A stretch of 64,000 nucleotides of DNA, taken from IMG/VR virus record IMGVR_UViG_3300042293_000433; one strand, 5' to 3'. Under the pieces are notes generated by a model that saw nothing but the letters and a program-made list of their open reading frames with translations, was not told the DNA's origin and made no database searches. A program made the translations under genes and the position numbers. The stretch comes from a virus. Its lineage: Duplodnaviria; Heunggongvirae; Uroviricota; Caudoviricetes. Positions 45,725 to 55,818 of the stretch are shown here, piece after piece; the stretch's first letter is position 1, and each line of letters opens with the position of its first letter.

Positions 45725-46843
45725 TTAATTTACTTTAATTAATTCATTTTGATATTCATTGTAGTTTTTTATATATAGATTAAATATATCTATTTTGAAT
45801 TGCCCAATTTGTGTATTTTGTTTTAATACATATGGTACTTTCATTAAAAATTCTATGTTTTCGTTTGTTAGATGTTCTGCATTTATTGTCACAAAACTAT
45901 CATTGGTAAGTTCATCATTAATATCTTTTAACTTACTAACACCCTCAACTTGACCCAAATTATTAGTGTATATAGTTGTAAAGTATGGTTCTAAAAATAT
46001 AACTAAATCTTGTGGTGCATTATAAATGATTAACCCAATGTTATATTTTGGCATTGGAATTGGTTTGTGATTTATATCAAAATACCATATACACCCCCAT
46101 TTTCTAATATATTTTTTTGTATCGGTATCTATTCTACTTTGATAATCATCTTGTACTTTTTGTAAATCACCACCTTCAAATTTATGCCCTCTTTGTGTAA
46201 AATGATAAACTAATGCATCTCTACTTTGTATAATATCAAATCCACCAATTACCATTCTATGAAAAATATCAACATCTTCGATTGTTTGAAAATTTGTATC
46301 GTGTCCACCTAATATATTAATGTACTCATCTTTCAATACAAACCAAGGTGCAAATATACCATTGTTAGTTGTATTTTTTTCTATCGTTTCATAGAACTCA
46401 TCAAACTTAGATTGATTAAACTCATTTGGATATGTACCTGCATCTAATTGATATTTTTCCTTACCTGCTGGATGAATTGGTGGCTCTACACACATACCAC
46501 ATACGATTTTATTTGTTCCCACATACTTCAAAATATTCTCAAAGAAATTTTTGTGAACTATCATATCTGCGTGCAAAATCCCTATTACAGGTCTACTTGC
46601 TATTTGAAATCCATAATCGTATAAAACAGGATGTCCAAGTTTTTCACTATATATGTGGGTAATTGTATTTGTATGTTTTAATGATAATAACCATTCATTT
46701 GTTCCATCATTACACCCATCCCCATATAGTATAACTTCAATATCGTCAGAAATATCTCTAACTGATTTATATACTAATTTTAAATACTCTAAGTTATTAT
46801 AACTTGGTATTACTACTGAAATGTCTTTTAATTCGTAACTCAT
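45725..46843 (-). CDS. family-2 (GT-A fold) glycosyltransferase
   Basis: 372 aa; N-terminal ISVVIPSYNNLEYL signature and DGCNDGT. Confidence 0.7.
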   Translation of the reverse strand: MSYELKDISVVIPSYNNLEYLKLVYKSVRDISDDIEVILYGDGCNDGTNEWLLSLKHTNTITHIYSEKLGHPVLYDYGFQIASRPVIGILHADMIVHKNFFENILKYVGTNKIVCGMCVEPPIHPAGKEKYQLDAGTYPNEFNQSKFDEFYETIEKNTTNNGIFAPWFVLKDEYINILGGHDTNFQTIEDVDIFHRMVIGGFDIIQSRDALVYHFTQRGHKFEGGDLQKVQDDYQSRIDTDTKKYIRKWGCIWYFDINHKPIPMPKYNIGLIIYNAPQDLVIFLEPYFTTIYTNNLGQVEGVSKLKDINDELTNDSFVTINAEHLTNENIEFLMKVPYVLKQNTQIGQFKIDIFNLYIKNYNEYQNELIKVN

Positions 46844-47487
46844 TCGCCTACATCTTTTATGTGTCTACCCCACCCAGCATGCTTACAATATCCTTCTGTA
46901 AATGCCATAGCAAAGTATCCTAATGAATAATAATATTTACTTAATTCTAATTCTCTACCTATTGGTTTATACCCATCTTCTGGATAATCTTTCATTTTCT
47001 TTAGTGCAGGATTGAATGTAAATCCGTGCCAATGTCCATCAAATCCCCAACTTACTCTTTGTACTTTATTTCCCATTGGAGTTAAATATACATCAGGTAA
47101 AAGTGGATGCCCTATATCATTTGGGTCTCTTGTTTGAACACAAATAATCTTATCATCTAAATCTATAATTTCTAAACAAGCTTCTATAAATCCTTCTTTG
47201 TAAAATTCCCAATCTTCTTCCATATGAAAAACATACGGAGTAATTACATATCCATACATTTTATCAATAGTTGCAACCTGCCCTATGTTAGTAGGGTTAT
47301 ACCAAAAACTTACTGATGGGAATTTTTGTTTTAAATGGTCATTACATCCTACCACACCACTATCATCTATAACATGAAAGTAATCTAATTCAATTGGATA
47401 TGTGTTATATTTGAAAAAACTATCTAAGGTTTTCTCTAATAAATCTGGTCTATTACAACTTGTACAAACTACACTTACTTCTTTCAT
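46840..47487 (-). CDS. GT-A-like glycosyltransferase
   Basis: 215 aa; VSVVCTSCNRPDLLEKTLDSF and HVIDDSG (DxD). Confidence 0.5.
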   Translation of the reverse strand: MKEVSVVCTSCNRPDLLEKTLDSFFKYNTYPIELDYFHVIDDSGVVGCNDHLKQKFPSVSFWYNPTNIGQVATIDKMYGYVITPYVFHMEEDWEFYKEGFIEACLEIIDLDDKIICVQTRDPNDIGHPLLPDVYLTPMGNKVQRVSWGFDGHWHGFTFNPALKKMKDYPEDGYKPIGRELELSKYYYSLGYFAMAFTEGYCKHAGWGRHIKDVGE

Positions 47488-47966
47488 AATCTTATTATTC
47501 TTTGTACCATCGGTTTGATATTAATTAATGATGGTTCAAAATATTCTTTAAATTCTTTAAAACTTTTAAAACTTTTAAATGTATTTTTTTTATCAACTAT
47601 TTTTTTTAATTCATTATTTTTTTCAATAATGTAATTTGAATTATAATTTGGGTTATGTCTACTTTTAATTTGTATTTTTAATTCTTCTTCTTTCAAATTA
47701 ATTATTCCAAATTTAATATTTTTATAATAATGTTTACACTCTAATATAAAGTTTGGTGGAAATATATTTGTTAAATAAATCTGATTATCTTTATTAACCA
47801 ATTCTAACATAACATCTATTAATAATATTTCATTTTCATATTCACCATTTGGTAATGCTTTTATCACATCCCAATCCACTAAATCATAATCTTTTAATTT
47901 ATTATTGTTTAGTGAACAAAATGTTGTTTTACCACTACATTCGGTTGTGAAAATTATCCAATTCAT
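47484..47966 (-). CDS. hypothetical protein with P-loop-like segment
   Basis: 160 aa; IIFTTECSGKTTFC resembles Walker A (lacks first Gly). Confidence 0.35.
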   Translation of the reverse strand: MNWIIFTTECSGKTTFCSLNNNKLKDYDLVDWDVIKALPNGEYENEILLIDVMLELVNKDNQIYLTNIFPPNFILECKHYYKNIKFGIINLKEEELKIQIKSRHNPNYNSNYIIEKNNELKKIVDKKNTFKSFKSFKEFKEYFEPSLINIKPMVQRIIRL

Positions 47967-48592
47967 TATAACGTTTCGTAAAGAGCATTTTGTTTTTCTT
48001 GTCTTTCTATTTCTTTAATGTGTTTAATACAATATGTTTCATCTTGTGGAAATATTGTATAACTTTCAAATCCCTGTAATTGTTCATGTACTTTACCTGC
48101 CCAAAAAATAGATTGTTTGTTTTGATATAATCTACCTTGAACATCAGGAAAATTTACCCATCCTTTCTCATTTACATTCCATCTCCATTTTTGAATATGT
48201 GATTCTGTTAATCCATTCACTATATTAATTCTAGGAATAAAAAACATTTCAATAGTATCATTACCTTCTAATATATTTGATAATCCCTGTATTAATATTG
48301 GGTCTATTGTTTCGTCTGCATCTAATTGGAATATCCAGTCACCCGTACAATTTTGTGTAAGATGTTGTTTGTATGTTCCAAAATCTCCATTCAGAGGATA
48401 TCCAATTGTTTTATCAATTTTTTTGTCAAATGTCAAATCATTAAGATATTCAAGTACTTCAACCGTCACTTTTTGATTATCATATTGAACAACAATTTCA
48501 TCTACTTCTCTTTTGTTTTCTATTAGTAGTGGTAATAATGTTTGTATTTCTTTTATTTCATTTACAACCGTAATTGCATAACTTATTTTCAT
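47966..48592 (-). CDS. putative GT-A-like glycosyltransferase
   Basis: 208 aa; ISYAITVVNE N-terminus and FQLDADETI (DxD-like). Confidence 0.35.
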   Translation of the reverse strand: MKISYAITVVNEIKEIQTLLPLLIENKREVDEIVVQYDNQKVTVEVLEYLNDLTFDKKIDKTIGYPLNGDFGTYKQHLTQNCTGDWIFQLDADETIDPILIQGLSNILEGNDTIEMFFIPRINIVNGLTESHIQKWRWNVNEKGWVNFPDVQGRLYQNKQSIFWAGKVHEQLQGFESYTIFPQDETYCIKHIKEIERQEKQNALYETL

Positions 48593-48593
48593 A

Positions 48594-49139
48594 TTATATT
48601 ATTTCTTGTTCATCTGTATTAAAATTTTTGAATCCTAATTTTGGTTTTAGTTTAGATACATCAAAATACAACTCTTTAATCATCTTTACATTTTTCTTTT
48701 TGTAAGTGCGATATACATCATATTTTTGCAAATCTCTATTATTTTTAACTGATTTTTTATAAAAGGTTCTACCACTTTTATCAATTAAGATTGCTTTCCT
48801 ACCCGTGTCATATCCTAAATTTTCATTAAACGTTGCATCTTTATCTTCGATTTCTTTAATTAATTCACGAGTGTATGCTTGGTTTTGAATATCATCATAT
48901 AATTTTAAAAATCTAGTTAATGGTAGTTCATTTAATTTTATACAATGTATCAATCCTTTTTGTGAATTTTTACCTAATACCAATAACAATGGGGTTGTTG
49001 CGGCACTATATGATTCACTTACTCCTGTATCTTCATATTTGTAACCATATAATCTATAAAATCCGCCATTCTTAACTTCATTAATAGAGGTTACTATTTC
49101 TTTATAAAAATATTTTCTATAATGATGTATCTGATTCAT
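48594..49139 (-). CDS. hypothetical protein
   Basis: 181-aa ORF. Confidence 0.45.
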   Translation of the reverse strand: MNQIHHYRKYFYKEIVTSINEVKNGGFYRLYGYKYEDTGVSESYSAATTPLLLVLGKNSQKGLIHCIKLNELPLTRFLKLYDDIQNQAYTRELIKEIEDKDATFNENLGYDTGRKAILIDKSGRTFYKKSVKNNRDLQKYDVYRTYKKKNVKMIKELYFDVSKLKPKLGFKNFNTDEQEII

Positions 49140-50406
49140 TTATCTTAGTAAGGGTTGGTAAATTCAATGGTATAAATTGTTTTATTGTTGGAACATATTG
49201 AGTTAAAATAGTGTCAAATGATTTAGTCATTTTTTGTAAACTAAAATTTTCGTTATTATACTTACCCAATTTTTTAGATTCAACTTTATATGTGTTGTAG
49301 TTCTTATAAATATCTTTTAACTTATTAATTGCATTAGAATAATTTACATAAAACCATTGACTACCATCTATAATAAATTGATTTTGTGCCGATTTATCTA
49401 CGGGTTTTAATTCACCCTCTAATAATACTGCACCACTTTTTAAGAAATCTAAATGACCACTCCAATTAGATGCAATTACCGGCTTACCCGTCAAACTGAA
49501 TTCTAATAGAGGTCTGCCGAATCCCTCACCATGTGTAAATGATACCATTGCTTTTACTTTTGGATGTTCATATAACCCATGCATTTCGGTTTCAGTTAAA
49601 TCACCATGTAGTAAATAGATTGAAGGACACTTATCACCAAATTCATTTGTAAGTGTTTCTATTCTGCCCGCCATATCTTCTCTATCTCTTACACTAAACC
49701 CAGCGGATGATGTTTTTAATACCAATGCTGGTTTTTGTTTTTCATTACTAAAAGCGTGACAAAAACTTTTGATTGTCATTCCAATATCTTTTCTATCATG
49801 TCCTAATTGACCTTGTAACCAGTGCCCGGTAATTAAGAATGCAAACTCTTCTTTGATTGCATCTAATTCCGTAATATATGGAACTTCTGCCGCACCAAAT
49901 GTTGCATCATTAAATCCTTCAAATAGAACTTCAATTGGTTTTGTAATTTTGAAATTATTAATAACTTGTTGTGTTTGATTATTTTTTTCTACATACGATG
50001 TTTTTATTAATACATCTTTAGAAAATTCAGATGGAACTATAATCAAATCCATTTTATTACAACCATGTATCCAATCAATAGGACAAACCGTTGTTTCTAT
50101 ACCTGCTGAAATACCGATATTATATGTTCCTTTTCTTTCAAATTCATTAGGAACTGTAATTTGAATAAACACATCGGGTGTTCTATCAATAGGTAATCCA
50201 ATTCTATCTATGATTTGTTTATCACTATCATTTTTTGCATTTAGACCATTCATAGGAGTACTACCCCATCTCATTGATACAATTCTAATATCGTATTTAT
50301 CTAAACTAATTAAACTTCTAACTAAATCTCTACTATGGTCTCCGTAACCACTTCGCGTTGCTACCGGTCCTTGAACTACTACTAAAGGTTTTTTAATTTC
50401 TGCCAT
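49117..50406 (-). CDS. GT4-family (GT-B, glycosyl transferase group 1) glycosyltransferase
   Basis: 429 aa; HGEGFGRPLLEFSLTGKPVIASNWSGHLDFL = E..G...lE....G.PvIas signature. Confidence 0.7.
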   Translation of the reverse strand: MAEIKKPLVVVQGPVATRSGYGDHSRDLVRSLISLDKYDIRIVSMRWGSTPMNGLNAKNDSDKQIIDRIGLPIDRTPDVFIQITVPNEFERKGTYNIGISAGIETTVCPIDWIHGCNKMDLIIVPSEFSKDVLIKTSYVEKNNQTQQVINNFKITKPIEVLFEGFNDATFGAAEVPYITELDAIKEEFAFLITGHWLQGQLGHDRKDIGMTIKSFCHAFSNEKQKPALVLKTSSAGFSVRDREDMAGRIETLTNEFGDKCPSIYLLHGDLTETEMHGLYEHPKVKAMVSFTHGEGFGRPLLEFSLTGKPVIASNWSGHLDFLKSGAVLLEGELKPVDKSAQNQFIIDGSQWFYVNYSNAINKLKDIYKNYNTYKVESKKLGKYNNENFSLQKMTKSFDTILTQYVPTIKQFIPLNLPTLTKINESDTSL

Positions 50407-50409
50407 AAC

Positions 50410-51813
50410 TTATTTTATTTTGAATAATTCGTATTTTTTTCTAGGTTTCCAATTCGTAAATGCACCATCCATTCCATTGATTAAAGTTTGACACATATTT
50501 TGTACACTTAATCCACCAACTCCTAGTGCAAAATCTCTACCTAATATTCCTTTTTCTTTTCTTTGTTCTCTACTCATATCATACCAATGACGGATTGAAT
50601 CTGCTACTTCAACATAATCAATATGGTCTTCAAATATATAAGGTGTAGGTACTGAACCTGTAAATGAACGAGATGTTGGCCAAACCGGTGTCACCCAATC
50701 TCCCCACTTTAATTTATCTTTCCATAATCTCCAATCATGTAGAGTACCCCACTTAACATAATCCGATGGTCTTGTATAATCCCAATTGCCATGCACATCT
50801 TCATTTTGGAATACAAATCCACATTGGTCTTGTATACCACCCGTTACATTTACTATAATTGGTGTTCCTGCCATAATAGATTCTGCAGTTGCTAATCCAA
50901 ATCCTTCGTTAGATGCTATATTAATTGTAACATCTGCAATATTATAAAGATAGTTTAATTCAGTTTCATTCCATCTACCTGTATCAAATACTACATTGAT
51001 TTCAGGTGCACAATCTGCAATAACTCTAGGTAAATCTGTACCATTATCATCCACCGGTTGGGTATGCATTAACAATACGGTCTTTTTAGCTTGCTCAGGT
51101 GAAAGTGTTGCTACAAATTCTTTGAATGCGTATATAACTTCAATCGGTTGTTTTCGTCTGATATTTCTATTACTCCAATACAATACGAAATCATATGTTT
51201 TATCCCCAAATATTTTCTTTTTGAAATCGGCAGGTACATCTGCTACTTTATAATCTTCCGGATTAATACCATGTGGTACATAACTCACTTGCCAATTTTC
51301 AGGTTGTTTCCATCTATCTTTTGAGGTTAAACTCCAAACTCTATTTGTAATACCAAATGTTTGTTTTGAAATAGTACCTATCCAATCACAACTTTCGTAG
51401 TAATCTCTATTGTACTTAGGGTCTGGTAAATCATCCCAAATGTGGTAAAAGAATATTGGTGTATGTTGTCTGATTTCATGTTCAATATCATATAACCATA
51501 TCCAATATCTCGGGTCTGTAAAGTGTAGAATAGCATCAGGTTTTTCAATTTCTAATATTTGTCTTAACTTTTCTGCCGTTCCATACCCTGTTGATGGATA
51601 AATTTTTAGATATGCATCTTCAATTCCGGTTCTACCACGAACATCATCACATAAATCTAAAATTTTACCTTCTTCTGGATGTGTTACTGCTGCACCCAAT
51701 TGAACCCAATCATAGTGTTGTAGTGAACCCATTACTAATTGTTTACTCATATTAGCAATACCACTACTCATTCTTAAATCATCTGCCAATAACAGGATTT
51801 TCTTTTTTGCCAT
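50410..51813 (-). CDS. GT4-family glycosyltransferase
   Basis: 467 aa; SNEGFGLATAESIMAGTPIIVNVTGGIQDQ. Confidence 0.7.
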   Translation of the reverse strand: MAKKKILLLADDLRMSSGIANMSKQLVMGSLQHYDWVQLGAAVTHPEEGKILDLCDDVRGRTGIEDAYLKIYPSTGYGTAEKLRQILEIEKPDAILHFTDPRYWIWLYDIEHEIRQHTPIFFYHIWDDLPDPKYNRDYYESCDWIGTISKQTFGITNRVWSLTSKDRWKQPENWQVSYVPHGINPEDYKVADVPADFKKKIFGDKTYDFVLYWSNRNIRRKQPIEVIYAFKEFVATLSPEQAKKTVLLMHTQPVDDNGTDLPRVIADCAPEINVVFDTGRWNETELNYLYNIADVTINIASNEGFGLATAESIMAGTPIIVNVTGGIQDQCGFVFQNEDVHGNWDYTRPSDYVKWGTLHDWRLWKDKLKWGDWVTPVWPTSRSFTGSVPTPYIFEDHIDYVEVADSIRHWYDMSREQRKEKGILGRDFALGVGGLSVQNMCQTLINGMDGAFTNWKPRKKYELFKIK

Positions 51814-51829
51814 AACTTATTTTATTTCA

Positions 51830-52027
51830 TTAAAATTGTGAACCACTTACTTGTAACTCTGAATGTTTTGTTAAATTGTCTCTATATGAATTATCTGTCA
51901 TATATAGGTTTAAACTTCTATTAACTAATTTTTGTAACGTAATCCCGTCAGTTATCGTATGAATCTTAAAGGATTTGTATAAATCAGTTAATATTTTTAC
52001 AGATGTTAATTGTGTTTTGTCTGCCAT
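51830..52027 (-). CDS. hypothetical protein
   Basis: 65-aa ORF. Confidence 0.35.
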   Translation of the reverse strand: MADKTQLTSVKILTDLYKSFKIHTITDGITLQKLVNRSLNLYMTDNSYRDNLTKHSELQVSGSQF

Positions 52028-52066
52028 AATATTTTCCTTTTGTTTTATATATGTATATATATATAA

Positions 52067-52939
52067 CTATTTAAATAAAGAACACAATTTTCTCTCTTTA
52101 AATTCACACCATCTACAATTTTTATTTTTCTCACCGGGAACTGGCTCAAAATTTGCTTGTAAATTATAATTACCATCCTCTAAAAATACTGAATCTACAA
52201 ACTGCATAAAATCCTTATATCCTTTTAATGTAGTATTAGTTCCATGCGCAGGTACAAATGCTGACATATGTGGAATTGGAAATTCGTAATCTTTGTTTAT
52301 CTTTCTTTTGATGATATGATATTCTACTTTAATTTTTTCAATATCTATCTTATACTGAATAGATAGGAAATATTTGTAAAGTAATAATTGATTGATTTTG
52401 GTTTTATCCTTCTTCATATCTTTTGTCCAACCACCTCTACTTGTCTTAAAATCTATAATATAATATTCACCACTTTCTTTATGCTTCAAAAGTACATCGA
52501 TGAATCCCATATAACTTACATTCTCTTTTACTTTTAAGTTAAGTGGTTTTTCTACTCCTACTAACTCCCATCCTTTCTTTGAGAACAATCTATCACCATG
52601 TTTCCTAAACCAATTTAAAATCTCAATACCATCCCCATAGAACTCCTCTAATTCTTCTTTGGTACAAACTACTTCACCATCACTAAACTTCTCTTGTTCC
52701 TTCTTAAAATTAGATTTAAGAGATTCTAATAACATTAGGTTTAGGTCTAATTGATTTGCTTGTTTTTTACTTACACCATAGAAAACCGTAAGGTAATGTT
52801 GTAAAACCTCGTGCATGGCCGTCCCAAATACCATATTGATATTTGATTTAGACTCACTTAGTTTATCTATGTATGCTAATTTGTATTGTTGTGGACAATT
52901 TGCCCACATTGTGTATTGTGAATAACTTACTCTTGCCAT
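52067..52939 (-). CDS. Cas4/RecB-like PD-(D/E)XK nuclease with Fe-S cysteine set
   Basis: 290 aa; N-terminal Cys (WANCPQQY), IIDFKTSRGGW (D..K core), C-terminal CRWCEFKERKLC (CxxCx7C). Confidence 0.6.
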   Translation of the reverse strand: MARVSYSQYTMWANCPQQYKLAYIDKLSESKSNINMVFGTAMHEVLQHYLTVFYGVSKKQANQLDLNLMLLESLKSNFKKEQEKFSDGEVVCTKEELEEFYGDGIEILNWFRKHGDRLFSKKGWELVGVEKPLNLKVKENVSYMGFIDVLLKHKESGEYYIIDFKTSRGGWTKDMKKDKTKINQLLLYKYFLSIQYKIDIEKIKVEYHIIKRKINKDYEFPIPHMSAFVPAHGTNTTLKGYKDFMQFVDSVFLEDGNYNLQANFEPVPGEKNKNCRWCEFKERKLCSLFK

Positions 52940-53011
52940 ATACTCTAATATACGACTATTTACTTAATAAACCAAAAAATTAATAGAATATCAATTACAT
53001 ATTATAAAAAA

Positions 53012-54613
53012 TTATAATACCATTCTAGAGCCTATCTGAAAATTACTCAAAAATGCGGAATATGCTTTAGTATTACCACTCATTTTATAGTTAAACGCAA
53101 ATCCAAATCTCTTACTAATTTTATAATCAAATGCGGCGCCTAATAAAAATCCCATATGTCTATTTACCGTTGTTTCACCACTTACACTATTATAACTAAT
53201 TGGTGAGAACATTGTAAATACTTGTGGTGATATAGTGAGTTTTTTTGAATACTGATAAGGTTTAGTCCAAAATACAATTGCCGATGTTGCCATATTGTAT
53301 TCAAACCCACCCGTCTCATCGTTTTTAAGGAATAGATTGATTACACCCACATTATAACCATATGTTCCTTTTTTTGGTGTTGGTTTAATATAGGTATATC
53401 CTAATAAGTTCATATAGTTTCCGGCTAAATATGCAAATGCCGTTCCGTATGAGTGTATTGCATCTAATTGTCCATCTTTGGTTAATCCCATTTTTGTTAT
53501 ACCACCGGTCATTACAATAGAACTCAAATTACTATTTATCATCAATCCTGCACTATAACTTATATCACCTGCTAAAGATGATTTACTAAGTCCCATTGAT
53601 ATAGCTGCTAAATACTGACCTGCACTTGCTTCTGCAACAGTTACATCTGATGCTAATAATGTTGGGTTTGTTACTTCTTGTTTTTTCTTTTTCTCTTCCT
53701 CTTTTTTCTTTTCTTCTTCTTTCTTTTTCTCTTCCTCTTTTTTGGTTTCTTCTTTCTTTTCTTCCTCTTTTTTAGCTTCTTCTTTTTTCTCCTCAGTCTT
53801 TTTTTCTTCTGATTTCTTTTCTTCGGTTTTAGCTTCTTCTTTCTTTTCTTCGGTTTTAGTTTCCGTTTTCTTTTCTTCCGCTTTTTGTTCAGCAGGTTTT
53901 GCTTCTGCGGGTTTTGCTTCTGCGGGTTTTGCTTCCGTTGATGATGAACTACCACCCGATGAACTACTACCACTTGCTGGTGGTGGAGATGATGAACCAC
54001 CACTTGCTGGCGGTGGTGTATTGGTAGGAGGTGGTGCTGATGCCGGTGGCGGCGGTGGAACATTTACGGGTGGCGGTGGTGGCGGTGCTATGTTTATTGG
54101 TGGTGGTGTTGCTGCATTTGCTGCCGCTGAACTCGCTGCTCCACTTGCGGCGGATGATGCGGCACCACTGGCCGCTCCACTCGCTGCATTTGCTGCGGCT
54201 TTTGCTGCGGCATCTGCGGCTGCTTTTGCGGCTGCATCTGCGGCTGCTTTTGCTGCGGCATCTGCGGCTGCTTTTGCGGCGGCATCTGCTGCGGCTCTCG
54301 CTGCGGCATCTGCGGCTGCTCTTGCGGCGGCTTCTTGTGCTAATCTTATGTTATCGTTTACCGGACAAGGTGTTGCAAATACACTATTTACCCATTGTTG
54401 AAATGAACCATTATTCATATCTGCTAATGTTACAATTTTAGATTTACCTCTAATAATTGCAACGGTTTGATTTTGTCCGAATGGAATTACGACAACATAT
54501 ACTTTGTTATCACATGGGTCAATGTAAGTTTGGGTAATAGTTTGCCCTTCTGCTTTAAATGCAGTTAAGGTAGTAACAATTAATAATAAAATAATTACTA
54601 ACCATTTCTTCAT
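53012..54613 (-). CDS. secreted low-complexity repeat protein (Ala-rich, Pro-rich, Lys/Glu-rich tracts plus C-terminal beta-rich domain)
   Basis: 533 aa; signal peptide; (AAAKAAAD)n, PPPPPVNVPPPPP, (EAKPA)3, (EEKK)n; TolA-domain-II-like composition. Confidence 0.55.
   Translation of the reverse strand: MKKWLVIILLLIVTTLTAFKAEGQTITQTYIDPCDNKVYVVVIPFGQNQTVAIIRGKSKIVTLADMNNGSFQQWVNSVFATPCPVNDNIRLAQEAAARAAADAAARAAADAAAKAAADAAAKAAADAAAKAAADAAAKAAANAASGAASGAASSAASGAASSAAANAATPPPINIAPPPPPPVNVPPPPPASAPPPTNTPPPASGGSSSPPPASGSSSSGGSSSSTEAKPAEAKPAEAKPAEQKAEEKKTETKTEEKKEEAKTEEKKSEEKKTEEKKEEAKKEEEKKEETKKEEEKKKEEEKKKEEEKKKKQEVTNPTLLASDVTVAEASAGQYLAAISMGLSKSSLAGDISYSAGLMINSNLSSIVMTGGITKMGLTKDGQLDAIHSYGTAFAYLAGNYMNLLGYTYIKPTPKKGTYGYNVGVINLFLKNDETGGFEYNMATSAIVFWTKPYQYSKKLTISPQVFTMFSPISYNSVSGETTVNRHMGFLLGAAFDYKISKRFGFAFNYKMSGNTKAYSAFLSNFQIGSRMVL
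53650..54345. repeat. coding tandem/low-complexity repeats (GC-rich island)
   Basis: 24-bp units gcggctgcttttgcggcggcatct x~5 around 54170-54330 and gaa/aag-rich repeats 53650-53900; generate spurious ORFs on other frames. Confidence 0.7.
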
Positions 54614-55467
54614 TACTTATTGTTCAGTCCGATTGAAATTTGAGAATACCCTCTGATTGGGTCTGTGTCTATTTTTAATGTAACAAATTTGAAATCTCTT
54701 ATTATACCAATTTTAAATGTAGTAAAGTTTGCATTTGATTTTGGAAATGAGATACCACCTAAGTCATCTTTACCTTGCCATCTGATAATTTCATGTCCAA
54801 ATCCTATCATACCATGTATTCCTAATTTACCAATTCTTTTACCACCACCAACATAGAAAGTTGACTCTTTTTTCCAATCTTCTTTACTAAGTGGAAAGTC
54901 AACATTGTTAATTTGACCATATGGATAATAGCTGTTTTGGTCTATTGCATAAGTCATTACATAATCCACAATAAAATATCCTTTATTACCACCAATCAAC
55001 CCCCAAAATGCAGTTTGTTTATTGTTAGTGTGTCCTATACCTGCTGAAAATAATACAGGTGTTGAAGCAATCGTATCTCTCCTACCATTTTCATATATTC
55101 TAACTACACTTCTTTGTCTCCACCCAAAATCATCATACCAAATATAAGGATATGGTTGGTAATATCCATATATTCCATATTGTAAACCATACGGATTGTA
55201 TGTTGTAGGTCTATATCTTCTTACTAATGGTTGTCCTTCAAAATTATCACCTGGTCTAATTGGTGCAGTTTGTGTTCTCCAACTACTCACATTATTTTGT
55301 TGTGGTATGGATGGTTGAACTCTTGTTTGAGTTGATTGTGATGTTTGTGATGATGCTGGAACACTTCCACCAGTTTGTCTCCAAGTTGATACTTGTGCAT
55401 TTAACATAATTGCACATATTAAGACTAACAATATTGTTAATCCACCAATCAATACTAGTTTTTTCAT
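54613..55467 (-). CDS. signal-peptide outer-membrane protein
   Basis: 284 aa; signal peptide ending NAQ; Tyr/Gly-rich beta-strand pattern. Confidence 0.5.
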   Translation of the reverse strand: MKKLVLIGGLTILLVLICAIMLNAQVSTWRQTGGSVPASSQTSQSTQTRVQPSIPQQNNVSSWRTQTAPIRPGDNFEGQPLVRRYRPTTYNPYGLQYGIYGYYQPYPYIWYDDFGWRQRSVVRIYENGRRDTIASTPVLFSAGIGHTNNKQTAFWGLIGGNKGYFIVDYVMTYAIDQNSYYPYGQINNVDFPLSKEDWKKESTFYVGGGKRIGKLGIHGMIGFGHEIIRWQGKDDLGGISFPKSNANFTTFKIGIIRDFKFVTLKIDTDPIRGYSQISIGLNNK

Positions 55468-55700
55468 ATTATCTCCTTTTTACATATTCTATCCAATTCC
55501 TCTGGTCTTAATGCGAATGTTTGTTCTTGATTTCCATTTTCTGAAATCATGTTAACTATCCATAATCCCAAACGTTTTTCTTCAATCTCTATTTTTTGCC
55601 CTTGTATAAATCCCATATCCATTAATCGTAATCTTAAACATGGTGTACATTTTTCACAGGGGTCATTTGCAGGTACATCTATGACATCGTAGGTTTTCAC
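55464..55700 (-). CDS. FeoA-domain protein
   Basis: 78 aa; LRLRLMDMGFIQGQKIEI matches FeoA core (l..RL.elGl.pG..i.v). Confidence 0.5.
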   Translation of the reverse strand: MKTYDVIDVPANDPCEKCTPCLRLRLMDMGFIQGQKIEIEEKRLGLWIVNMISENGNQEQTFALRPEELDRICKKEII

Positions 55701-55818
55701 TACTTCAATTTTTGTAAGATAGCTAAGTTCTTTTTTATTTGTTCTGCTGTTTTAACTCCAGAACGTTTACTTCGCATTGCTCTTTTTTTCTTTGGTGCTG
55801 TTCCCATTTGTATAAATT

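Noticed and set aside
54130-54345. CRISPR array
   Set aside because: The regular 24-bp repeats are in-frame codons of an Ala-rich protein without unique spacers. No CRISPR array was detected anywhere in the window.
53671-54441. Overlapping ORFs 53671..54063(-), 53742..54401(+), 54031..54441(+) and 54094..54309(-)
   Set aside because: They are frame-shifted readings of the GC-rich Ala/Pro/Lys-Glu tandem repeats inside 53012..54613 (poly-K/R, poly-A, poly-L/H/R translations) and are artefacts of repeat periodicity.
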